This document shows positions 36,801 to 48,336 of a stretch of DNA of 64,000 nt, one piece after another. Every line of letters starts with the position of its first letter. The stretch's first letter is position 1. Under the pieces are notes generated by a model. That model was not told where the DNA came from and did no database searches. It saw only the letters and a program-made list of their open reading frames with translations. The translations under genes were made by a program, and so were the position numbers. Origin of the DNA: Heterodontus francisci. Taxonomy: Eukaryota. Location: assembly GCF_036365525.1 (NCBI RefSeq), contig NC_090399.1, positions 15,127,558-15,191,557 on the forward strand. The letters are read 5' to 3'.

Positions 36801-38773
36801 AAAATCATGTTAGTTTCGTCAGCCATAATACATTGTCTTAAGTGCACACTATCTGTTCGCAATCCGGTTATTTCATTTTTTGCGTTCTTCGAGTACCTTT
36901 ATTGTCGACTTACATCTCAAAAGACCTTAGTTTGGGATTTTCCAGTCACCGTGCATTAACAGGCACAAGGTGACGTTGATGTACCTCATTCCGCTGTTTC
37001 AACCCCCTGGGCCAAAGTAATGTCCTTCTGCCCTGCCCTTTCTCAGGTCGATCGCCCATGACATGTCCGTCCTTGCGCACTTTCTGAACCTTGTCGACCC
37101 GCTTTCCCCTTCTTGTCCGTTTCCCATTACCGGGAATCAACAATTTGTGTCGTTTACAGAAGTGTTTGCAACACTTTATTCCCAATCGAAGAGCTCACAG
37201 CCTTTGATATCCAAAATGATCAACTCCCAGAGCCGGGTAACACGCCGAAGAATAAGGAGGAACTCGAGATGGGGGTGGGGGGGGGGGGGGGGGGATTTCA
37301 CATGATGCTGCTGGTGGGAGTGGGGACCAAGGGCTTTGATCTGAAGCTGGTGAGGGAAGGTGATAGAGTCTGAGGGGGAGGTGGGTTGAACTCGTTGGGC
37401 AGAGTGAGAGTTGTGGGCCGAGGAGTGCATGGAAAGGAATGAGGCTGATTGTATAATGGCGTGAAGTCAAAGTGGAGAGGGTGATTGACTGCAGAGTTCA
37501 GGAGAAGAACAGGTGAGCTGATATGAGTTCCACGCTGAGCAGATGGGGTAGAAGGGGAGCTGGGAAACATAGGCAAAGAATCATTGAGAAGGGAGGAACG
37601 GCATCTGCTGGATGGCCTCCCATCTTCAACTTTTCATGAGCTCATTCAAAAGATAAACTGAACTGAAGACAAAAGATACATAGCACTAATGGGAAATGAG
37701 ATTGTAAAATGTACTGGGCGGGATCCAATGTGAAACATCACTTAGTGGTCAAGCGTACATTTGTCTTCGGACTTCCAATTTGACTTAATTCTTGTTATTT
37801 AACGGAGGCAGTGATCAATAACTAGGTTGTAGTATAATACAACTGGGAAGATGGAAATCTGTGTATTTTAGCGAGACAGAACATTAAAGGCCACAAATGA
37901 GAGGGGACAATCTTGCCATATGGTGCATTGGTCAGTTACTGTAAAATGATTGTTGCATTAGCGTCAATATGCATCCTAAATTTCAGGAAGAGTATGTGGG
38001 TTTGATGTGATTAATATTTGCAGAGATGGAGGAATTCTCAATTAGATTTGAAGCAATGAGACAATTTGGCATTTCCCCCAAATTTACCTGCAGGGCCAAT
38101 ATAACGAAAAGAAATTGTTATGTATTCAGGTACCTGATCTCAAATATTTCATTTGTCGCGGTTGCTTAATGAAAATCGTGGATATGGTATCACCAAATTC
38201 GCATCCGTTGATGCAAATACAATGGCGTCACAAAATGCGTATCATTTATGTTCTTGAGAGGATAACTAAAAATGGCGTGAAATTTAACGTGAATGTCGTA
38301 TTAAGGTCATAATTGGTCACATTGTCGGTAAGTTCAGTGAAGGCAGGACTGTAAACGTGTTCGTCATTGAATTGAAATGCTGCTGATGTTGAGATTCTCA
38401 TTTTACACGTAAGCTCATTTACATCGACAAGCCTTGCAAACCGACCTGTCTGCATGCGGTTGGTTTACTTCGTACGTGACTGCGCTCAGATCAGCGTCGA
38501 GTCTGTTCAGGCTGTCTGCTGCTCGGCATGTTAGTTATTTTCCAGTCAGCGTCACTATTTATAATACTCTGTCCGCAAAGCGTGCACTTTAGATCCGCTT
38601 ATTGAACCCACTACGGACAGAAAGTATCTGTGAGACAGAGCTCAACTCTATCTCAATACAATTGTACACGATGTTCAGAGAACGGCACTTAAAAAAAAAC
38701 ATTCTTGGTATGCAGGTGTCACATTTAATACCTAATCCTGGTTACATTCGGAAGGTGTAGATTGGGCAAAGTC

Positions 38774-39073
38774 ACGGCACAGTAGTTAGCACCACAGCCT
38801 CACAGCTCCAGCGCCCTGGGTTCGGTTCTGGGTATCGCCTGCTTTGCAAGTTATCCCGGTGACCTCGTGGGTTTCCTCCGCGTGCTCCGGTTTCCTCCTA
38901 CATGCCAAAGACTTGTGGGTTGATAGGTAAATTGTCCATTGTAAAAATTGCCCCCAGTGTTGGTGGGGATGTGAGAGGGGAAACATGCGATTAATTTAGT
39001 ATAAATGGGTTCTTGATGGTCGGCGTGGGCCGAAGGGCCTGTTTCGGTGCTGTATTTCCCTCTCTATGACTCT
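38774..39073 (+). mobile_element. HE1-type V-SINE (inside an older minus-strand copy of the 1181-type SINE, ~38700-39370)
   Basis: ggcacagtagttagcaccacagcctcacagctccag… and V-domain; right flank reads as the reverse complement of the 1181 SINE core/head. Confidence 0.8.
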
Positions 39074-40471
39074 AAGGTGGTCTGGCACTTCAAAGCGTAG
39101 TTAAGTATCAACCGCTTTGGACTGGGACTGGAGTTACATTTTGGCCAGGCCCTGCAAGGATTCGTTCCCTTCGGACATCAGTGAACCAGTTGTGCTTTAC
39201 AACAACAGCTTCAGTCACTTTGACCAATGCTAATTTTTTCTTGACATTTTGTTTTTAAAAAACAACTTAAATACTCAATTTGCTTTGATGGCGATTTGAA
39301 CTCACCCTTATTCAGGTTATCAATCCAACCCTGTGTATTACTAGTCTAGCAACATGTCCACCTCACGACCGCTGCTAACAGGAACGGAAGACCCGATCCA
39401 GATTCATGCCAAGTGCGCAGACCCTTTAAATAGAAGCAATTCATTTATTATCAAACGCTTTATTTGTGAGCATCTCTTCCAAACGTTTTTCGCAAACAAC
39501 TTTCAGTTCAAATACACAATCCCTTTCTGTGCAGCAGCAGACACAGTTATGATACTGTTCATGTATCAGGCTGGGATGTTTTAATACTGTGGATGCCGGA
39601 TACCCTCAGCGAGGTCCTACAACACAAGGGAGAAGATGCGCGTTTCTCTGAAAAGCAGAACCATCGAATTGCTTGTAAGGCAAGTGAAGGTATCTCAGGG
39701 GTGCCCTGCACTTCATGTATGCAGCAGCAAGCTGGGTTGGTCATGCCCTGAAAGGAGCATCACGTGTTATTAGATGAATTGCCGGCATCCTTTCCAGCCT
39801 GTGCTCTTCCCCGCCCGATCATCCGCCCGTGAGGAGGGAAGCGGAAATCTCGCACGAACTTTCTAACATTCCAGACAGTCTTTTCAGACGGAAGTTTGCG
39901 TTAGTGCATTCAGCTATTTCTTGCAAAGGTCAGCTGGTCACTCAAAAAAGGAAATGGATCAATTTAAAGAGGAGTTTTCCAGACTGGAATTCCCACCGGG
40001 GCTGTGGAATTCAGACACTGCTCAGCACCAGTGAAAATGCGCTGCAGGTGGCCAATCGACGCACGCATTAAAATACAGCACATGAATGGCTCGACTGATC
40101 TTTACTAATTTCCCCATTTACACACAAACTTCACGGGTTCAGTGTATTTGTCACGTTGGAGACGTCCGAACTCCGGGACCACAGCCGGGGGCATTTAGTA
40201 AGACTGTCGCAGCTAAATAAGAAGTATAAAAACGTCTGATAATAAGATTCAAACATAAGCAGCGTTGCAATAAATGAAACTCGCAGGTGAACGCAATTGA
40301 AAGGAGATTATTTTTATATGGACGGTACTCTCGGAAACCAAATAATCTCGCACCTTTTATTTCAAGGCGTCTCACTTAGGTATGATGAAATTTTTATTTT
40401 TGGTTATCGTTTGAAAGACTTGAAATTCAATACGGTCGGGTCTAAGGACAACTAAGCTTACTTTCTAAGAG

Positions 40472-40812
40472 GTCAGAGAGTGAATCTCACTGTTTTCCAG
40501 TATGCTGACACACAAATTCAGTAGAGGGAGAGTGAAAGCTTCTGAAGTGCACCATGAATTTTGCAGAAATGGGGTTCACTGTTACATGGATACACAGTTA
40601 CGTGGACAGGGGCTGAAAGAAACACTGGTGATTTGGACGAATAATACATTTCTAAAGGGTGGCTTGAGAACTCGGACATCGGTTCATTTAACAACATTAG
40701 AAAGATCATTATGGCCTCCGGCCTGGTGGAGAGAGTCTCAGAGACCTGTTTCTGTGGAATGTAATGGCAAAGTGATAGGGAGGTAGCAACGGGAACAGAC
40801 TGCATGCGAGGG
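40472..40812 (+). pseudogene. Disabled NKp30-like VJ exon, inverted paralog of 29052-29390
   Basis: ag|GT CAG AGA GTG AAT CTC ACT GTT TTC CAG (cf. ag|GT GGA AAG ATA AGT GTC ACC GTT TTC CAG). Across frameshifts it reads QRVNLTVFQY…VEGE*KLLKCTMNFAE…GYTVTWT…DLDE*YISKGWLENSDIGSFNNIRKIIMASGLVERVSETCFCGM*…GSNGNRLHAR G|gtaagt; 341 nt vs 339 nt. Confidence 0.85.
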
Positions 40813-41109
40813 GTAAGTGGTAACTGTAGTTTTCATATAATGCTGTTTTAAATGTTAGTTTATTTTTTAATAAAATATAGGGGTTGATTTAATCTTGCAA
40901 GCCGGATATGAACGAGTCCTTGTGGATCGATGCCCGTTAGAGAAACCGCGGAACATTCATTTGATTTGATGACAAATATCGATGCAATGTAACCCTGCAG
41001 CAGAACAAGCGAATTTCTGATCATTCCTTCCCCATTAAAACGTGTATTATTTTATTTCATTAATGTTCTTCCTCGTTAAGTGCACAAATATGTTTTCTTA
41101 GAGCCCCGA

Positions 41110-41685
41110 GTAAATACTGTATGAAACGTTAGATAGGCCACAGCTGGTGTACTGTGTGCAGTTCTGGGCACCACACTATAGGAAGGATGTGATTGCACTG
41201 GGAGGTTGCAGAAGAGATTCACCAGGATGTTACCTGGGCTGGAGCATTTCAGCTATGAAGAGAGACTGAAAAGGCTAGGGTTGTTTTCCATAGAGCAGAG
41301 AAGGCTGAGGGGGTACATGATTGAGGTATAAAAAATTATGAGGGGATTTGATAGGTTAGATAGGAAGAAACTTTTTCCCTTAACAGAGGGGTCAATAACC
41401 AGGGGGCATAGATTTAAGGTAAGGGGCAGGAGGTTTAGAGGCGATTTGAGGGGAAAAAAACTCGCTCAGAGGTTGCAATCTGGAACACATTGCTTGAAGA
41501 GATGGTAGAGGCAGGAACCCTCACAACATTTAAGAAGTATTTAGATGAGCACTTGAAACGCCATAACAAACAAGGCTACGGACCAAGTGCTGGGAAATAA
41601 GATTAGAATAGTTAGGTGCTTGATGGTCAGCACAGACACGATGGGCTGAAGGGCCTGTTTCTGTGCTGTATAACTCTATGACTGG
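41110..41685 (+). mobile_element. CR1 3' fragment
   Basis: LVRPQL.YCVQFW…LGLFS…; tail gggcctgtttctgtgctgtataactctatg. Confidence 0.88.
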
Positions 41686-41780
41686 CAAAATCAGTCATCT
41701 TAAGAAGGACGAAGTAAGCAGACAGACGGTCATCAATTTAACTCATGTTCTACAGGACCTACTGGCATTTCTGCCTTTCC

Positions 41781-42330
41781 TTTCCCCAAAAGTATACTAT
41801 ATTCATTAAATTTGTAAGACATGCATTGCAAAACATTTCAAATTGGACATTTTAGAGAAGTGCAATAGAGATCAGATTCTTTCGATACAGCACACGAGGT
41901 GCCTCACAGCTCTTGCTATTCCATTTTATATACAATGTACATTTGCAATACGCAGCAAATACATTCTCTGGTGCATACCGCCCGAGGAGTTTTGTACAGG
42001 TTCCAGCCCTGTTTGGGACCTTACACAGAGGCCTTTCCCCATTGAGCCTTTGCGGCAGCTGCCCCAAGCTTTAGTGCGTCCCTCAGCACGTAGTCCTGGA
42101 CCTTGGATTGTACCAGGCTGCAACACTCGGTCATGAACAACTCTTTGCGCTGGAAGACCAGCAAGTTTTGGGCAGACCAAAGCACGTCTTTCACCGAGTT
42201 GATGGTCCTCCAGTAGCAGTTGATGTTTATGTCGGTGTGCGTCCCTGGGAACAGCCTGTAGAGCACAGAGTCCTGTGTTACAGAGCTGATGAACCTCCAC
42301 AAAAACCACTGCATCTCTTTCGAAACTTGC
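41781..42330 (-). mobile_element. Tx1/L1-clade LINE 3' end
   Basis: VLYRLFPGTH…CYWRTINSVKDVLWSAQNLLVF…VQDYVLRD C-terminal ORF2 pattern, followed by an AT-rich 3'UTR. Confidence 0.7.
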
Positions 42331-43360
42331 CTGTTGTTATTGTCATACTCACACTAAGAAAGCAGTGGTGAACTAATTATATGTACCTTTGCAAATTGTT
42401 TATTTCAAGAGGTCATCTTTCTGGTTATGCGGGCCGTAATTGTAGTTGTTGAGGGCTGTCAGAGGAATATAAGAGTTGGGGGAGGTAAATACTTTTATAA
42501 AGTGTTGTTCAGTTCAATATTTTTATCCAGTTGGTATGTGAACAGTTACATACGATTTCCCCAGAAACGTGGAACAAGGAGAATCCTAAATAACGCTGTT
42601 AGAATGCTGATACATGGGATGAAGGGTTTCAAGGGATGTGTGGAAAGGAAATGAGAGTTCCCTCAAAAATCGGATCATTAAGTGATATGGGGAGATGCTC
42701 ATGCCTGAGGACTGACGGCTGAGTGGTCTTTTCTGCCTCTGGATTTTCTCGGTTGTATGCGTTCTGGTTTTATTTAGGGATAAACTAAATAAATAGTCCA
42801 TCTGGATTTTTTAAATTATTATTTTAAATTACGATTTGGTCATTTTTAGTAAGGTTGAGTTATTGGTTGCTGCCTTCAAGATATGAAGGTTCATTAAGTT
42901 CTTTTGGTTCTATCTCTACAGATTTTAATCACATTCTGAACAAATTTGATTTTAGACCAGAGGAAGTCGGCCCTGATTATACAACCAGAATAATTGAATT
43001 GATATGAATGGAACTTCCTTACAACTTTTCTGAGGCCGAATCTATGTTTCTGGAGCTGGTTGAATTGTGTGAAATGTCATCCATCTCAGTCTGGTACTGC
43101 AGCGAATACAACGAAAGACATGGGACAGGTGGCAAGAGAATTGTATTCGTTTTTAACCTTCTAAGCGAGAATCCAATGTTTAAAAGCGCAAGGGAGAGAA
43201 TAGAGCCAATAAAGTATCAAATAGTTGAGTCTCAATGTATGTTTGAAAATCCTTAGATTACAGGAGGAATAGAAGACAGAGGAAGGTATTAAGTGTTCCA
43301 CATTTTTGAAAACTTGGAGAGGAATATGATAGCAGAGGAGACATTGCCATGTGTATAGTA

Positions 43361-43432
43361 CCCCTGGTGCTCTAACGGGTAAGGTACTGGCCTCTTAAGT
43401 CAAGCGTATGGGTTCAAATGCTCTCTAGGGTG
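43361..43432 (+). pseudogene. Degenerate tRNA, tRNA-Arg(CCT)-derived
   Basis: cccctggtgctctaacgggtaaggtactggcctcttaagtcaagcgtatgggttcaaatgctctctagggtg is colinear with vertebrate tRNA-Arg-CCT as recalled; stems mismatched, anticodon now CTT. Confidence 0.55.
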
Positions 43433-43454
43433 CTGTCAATATTTACAGTCAACC

Positions 43455-43830
43455 CTGGCTCAATGGGGAGCAATCTGGCCTCTGGGTCAGAAAGTTATTG
43501 GTCCCACTCCAGAAAGTCGAGCACAACAAATCTAGGCAGATATTTGAGTGCGGTACTGGTACAGAGCAATCGGAGATGCCGTCTTTCAGATGAGACGTTG
43601 AACCGAGGCCCCGACTGCTCTTTCAGATGCCTGTAAAAGATCCTGTGGCACTATTTCGAAGTACAGGAGGGAGGTGATCCCTAAATCAACTTCACAAAAA
43701 AAGAGTGTTGGGCGCAAGTTTACTGCTGCGTTTCCTACTTTGCAACAGTGACTACACTTCAAATAGTCACTGTAAAGCGAGTTGGGAAGTCCTGAGGTCC
43801 TGAAAGGCGCTATATAAATGCAAGTCTTAA
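43455..43830 (+). mobile_element. DeuSINE (SacSINE1-like)
   Basis: gatgccgtctttcagatgagacgttgaaccgaggcccc…gtaaaagatcc…aaaggcgctatataaatgcaagt. Confidence 0.85.
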
Positions 43831-44490
43831 TTTATTTTTTCATTTGAGTACATTGGAGAAACTCTGAATCTACTGTGCATTTGAAGAGAATGCAAAATGA
43901 AAACAAACGGTTTACCTTATACCTAAAATTACAGGGAGGAATATAGGAATTATTAAATATCAGAAGATTTTTAAGTACAATCGGAACCAAAAAAAAATTG
44001 ATTTATAATATAATGTTGAGACCGGCGGAAATTTGAAAATAACTGCGTCTTGGTAGCACCGACGTTATAATGCACTATCCGATGAATTAAATTCTGTAAC
44101 TTTGTGGTTATATAAATACTTTATAGGTTAATGTTAATAAACAACAGCAGGTTGACCAGTTTACAGTGTTAAATGGAGAAAATTGATTCCTTCATTGGCC
44201 GTCAGCAGAGTATCAAAAGTGCAAGTGCACACAAAATCCATCAGTACTAGGGTCAAATTATATATAACGTTACAGGTAAAAGGAAAACCTGCAGCTCTGA
44301 AATCGAACCAAAAAAAAAAAACGTTGCAAACAAACAGCAGACTAGTGTCAGGGCGTGAAATTCAGTTTCAGCGACAGTGAAAAAATGTGAGTGATTCGGC
44401 CGCCCAGTATACTCCCAGCTGGATTGTCCTTTCCAACACTCTGGAAGCAAGTTGAAAATCTACCCAAATAAATCGATGGATCGAGTCATT

Positions 44491-44830
44491 ATGAGCAACA
44501 ACACTAGGCTGTGCTTACAAAACGTGGAATACTATTGTCATAATTACACAATACATCAATAGAACTTGCTCTTTGATCTTTGATGACAAAGAACTGTCTA
44601 ATAGAATGAAGCTGTCAATTCGTGTGATGTATTTGTAGATACATCTTCAAATATACATTTCCAGGCTTTCTTGACTAAATTCATCGAAATGCTGGTGACA
44701 AATGCAATGAATGGAAATTTATTGCTGTATTTAAAGGATTGCGAAGCTGGAAAATCAGGATGCTTGCAATGAATTGCAGAGGTAACACCATGAACTAGTC
44801 CACAATCCACCAACTGCACATCGAGTGACT
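44491..44830 (+). pseudogene. Possible highly decayed B7-family-like IgV exon
   Basis: One frame reads QNVEYYC(44536)…L**QRT…MNGNLLLYLKDCEAGKSGCLQ*(44770)IAEVTP. TGA codons sit at the expected Trp (+15/16) and second Cys (+78) positions; no clear splice sites. Confidence 0.3.
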
Positions 44831-45479
44831 CCCAATGTACCAACTAAAATTTCATGTACCATTACAGCGAGCAATGGTGTCTGCATCTACTGTTCCTGTG
44901 GCAATGTATTCCACGCTCCAAACATCTTCTGCACGAGAAAATTTCTCTTAAACTTTCTCCTCACTTATGGTGACAATTTGAAATAGACGAGCCTTCACCA
45001 TTTACGCCAGTCAGTGGAAATAGTTATTTGCTATTTCCCCCACCAATTCCCTACATGTTTTTAAAACTTCTATTAAATCGATTCCTTGTCATTGGAAGCA
45101 AATATGGATCAATGGTTGATCACTTCTACATGACCTGTTTTTTTACTATCGCCAGTTTAATTTACTCCTTTGAATGGTGAGTTAATGTTCACTTGAAATC
45201 TTTCGCTGTGTGTACAATGATTACCCACACTAGATGCACCAGTAAGTGCTGCACACATTGAAAGTCTGAACTGATGTTAGCTAGATTCTCATATTTTGTA
45301 AAAACAGCTTCACAATCTCATTACTACAATGTAGATAAACTCGAGCACACCACAATGTATTATAGTTCATCGGCTACAATATTGGTTTTGTTGAAAATAA
45401 ACATGGTTTACACGCCGTGATGAAAATAAATCGACATTCATCATTTTTGAATTATTTATTCAGTGGATGGTTGTATTTT

Positions 45480-45690
45480 TAAAAATTCATTCACGGGATC
45501 CGGGTGTCGCTGGCTAAGCCAGCATTTATTGCACATCCCTAATTGCCCTTGACAAGGTGGTGGAGAGGTGCCTTCTTGAACCGCTGCAGTCCATGTGGGT
45601 TAGGTACACCCATAGTGCTGTTAGGAAGAGAGTTCCAGGATTTTGAAACAGCGGCAATGAAGGAATGGCGATATAGTTCCAAGTCAGGAT
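45480..45690 (-). mobile_element. Zenon-like LINE 3' tail
   Basis: gccagcatttattgcacatccctaattgcccttga, reverse complement of the 11820-11894 tail. Confidence 0.8.
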
Positions 45691-45913
45691 GCAAATTCAA
45701 TCTAGCAGCTGCATTGAGGAAGCAATCACAGCCGATTCGCTGTCTTGATTTCCAGGGATTCTGTGATTTGCTGTTGGATTACTATCTCCTAATTCATTAC
45801 CAACGATCCACCAGTTCCTAAATTATATCAGCAATGGTGACCATTTGTAATTATTTGATCTTCCCTTTGAAAATAGTAGCTAAAAATTTTGGGCTGGATT
45901 CTGCTACCAATCA

Positions 45914-47095
45914 AACATGGTTCAAACATGGACAAAAGAGCTGAACTCAAGATGTCAGGTGAAAGTGACCGCCCTTGACATCAAGGCAGCATTTGACCGA
46001 GTAAGGCATCAAGGAGCCTTAGCAAAACTGGAGTCAATGGGAATCAGGGGGAAAACCCTCCGCTGGTTGGAATCATACCTAGTACAAAGGAGATGGTTGT
46101 GGTTGTTGAAGGTCAATCATCTCAGTTCCAGAACATCACTGCAGGAATTCCTCCAGGCCCAACCATCTTCAGCTGCTTCATCAATGACCTTCCTTCAATC
46201 ATAAGGTCAGAAGTGGGAATATTCGCTGATGATTGCACAATTTTTAGCACCATTTGCAACTCCTCAGATACTGAAGCAGTCCATGAAAAATGCAGCAAAA
46301 CCTGGACAATATCCAGGCTTGGGCTGATAAGTGGCAAGTAACATTCTAGCCACACAACTGCCAGGCAATAACCATCTTCAACAAGAGAGAATCTAACCAT
46401 CTCCCCTTGACATTCAATGGCATTATGATTGCTGAATCCCCCACTGTCAACATCCTAGGGGTTACCATTGACCAGAAACTGAACTGGAGTAGCCATATAA
46501 ATACCGTGGCTACAAGAGCAGGTCAGAGGCTAAGAATCCTGTGGTGAGTAACTCACCTCCTGACTCCACAAAACCTGCCCACCATCTACAAGGCACAAGT
46601 CAGGAATGTGATGGAATACTCTCCATTCCCTGGATGTGTGCAGCTCTAACAATGCTCAAGAAGCTAGAAACCATCCAGGACAAAGCAGCCTACTTGTTCA
46701 GCACCCCATCCACACACATTCACTGCCTCCACCACCGACGCACAGTGGCAGCAGTGTGTCCCATCTGTAAGAGGCACTGCAGCATAAGAGTCTCCTGCAC
46801 CAAGTCTCCTTAGACAGCACCATCTAAACCCGCAACCTCTACCACCTAGAAGAACAAGGGCAACAGATGCATGGGAACACCACTCCTGCAAGTTCCCCTC
46901 CAAGCCATACACCATCCTGACTTGGAACTATATCGCCGTTCCTTCACTGTCTTTGGGTCAAAATCCTGGAACTCCCTTCCTGACAGCACATGGACTGCAG
47001 CGGTTCAAGAACCACTATCTCCTCAAGAGCAATTAGGGATGGGCAGTAAATGCTGTCCTAGCCAGCGATGCCTACATCCCACGAATAAAGAAAAA
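45914..47095 (+). mobile_element. CR1-Zenon-like LINE, 5'-truncated
   Basis: ALDIKAAFDRV, GIFADDCT, tail to …cccacgaataaag. Confidence 0.88.
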
Positions 47096-48035
47096 CAGCG
47101 ATTATCTGAAATCGACAACGATGTGATGAAACGAACCATAACTAATTGCTGCACAGAATTAATCATTTCGTCTTAAACTGTAACATAGCCTTTATCCACC
47201 CAGTAGTAATAGATTGGAAATGAATTCGATACGGACTCTGATTCACGGCAGACCGGGAAGTGGAAAAATCTCTTATGTGCGAATATAGACCCGCAGGCGC
47301 ACCGATTGAGGCAACTTTTCCAACCCTACAACGCCCGAGCTTGCCATTTCACAACATGCTTTAACATTGTTAAATATTGTGCACCATGTATTCATGTATT
47401 CATTTATGGAACAGGCATCACTGGCTAATGCCATTTATTAAATACTAGCGGACCTCTCAAGGCGCTGCTCCATAGGTGGGTATCGTCAAATATTTTTAAG
47501 GACTTGAACATTATATAAACAACAGAGTAATATGTTTCTGCTAAAAGACATCCATGTCTAAAATGACCTGTACGTTTTAAGGTCATTGGCTGCAATCAAC
47601 GCGCCTCCTGGGCCAGTTTGAGGCGAATGGTTCTTATTACGTCAGACCGACTTCCTCCTTTTGTTTGTTGTTCACGCAGCCTCTGCACGAAATGAATGAG
47701 TTCGTTGTTATTTTGCATACTTTTTTAAAAAAGGGAAATCTTTGTCCCATCATCGTTGGCAGATGTTTAAGCCGCCTTCGACCTGCTCTTTGGTACTCGA
47801 TCCCCAAACCGCCCTACCTCGCCACCTTTTGAAAAATTTCTGAAACAGCATCCTTTGGACGATGAGAAGGGAGACGTGAGGGTTGGAGATGGGACAGTGG
47901 CCTGAGAGAACACGTCGATTCAGGGTGTCCTTTTAAGGGGGTTTATAATGTTAGTGGTTTAGGAAAAGAGGGAGATCGACGCGGAGAGAGGAACATTTTG
48001 CAATGTCAATTCTAATTAGAGTTTTCGTTTTTAGT

Positions 48036-48333
48036 TTTAGAGATACAGCACTGAAACAGGCCCTTCGGCCCACCGAGTCTGTGCCGACCATCAACCACCC
48101 ATTTATACTAATCCTACACTAATTCCACATTCCTATCACATCCCCACCTGTCCCTATATTTCCCTACCACCTACCTATACTAGGGGCAATTTTATAATGG
48201 CCAATTAACCTATCAACCAGCAAGTGTTTGGCATGTGGGAGGAAACCGGAGCACCCGGAGGAAACCCACGCAGACACAGGGAGAACTTGCAAACTCCACA
48301 CAGGCAGTACCTAGAATTGAACCCGGGTCACTG
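48036..48333 (-). mobile_element. HE1-type V-SINE (5' truncated)
   Basis: Near-identical to 48858-49157 and 19206-19533. Confidence 0.9.
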
Positions 48334-48336
48334 GTG

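Noticed and set aside
39780-40100. CpG/ETS-rich patches (also ~47200-47900) as promoters
   Set aside because: No associated first exon found; may be decayed non-autonomous DNA-transposon sequence. The leader exon of the pseudogene could not be identified
40502-40786. 94-aa ORF as a novel protein
   Set aside because: Off-frame reading of the NKp30-like pseudo-exon
43008-43256. ORF with SVWYC…GTGG resembling the end of a V domain
   Set aside because: No upstream Cys/Trp in register; similarity too weak
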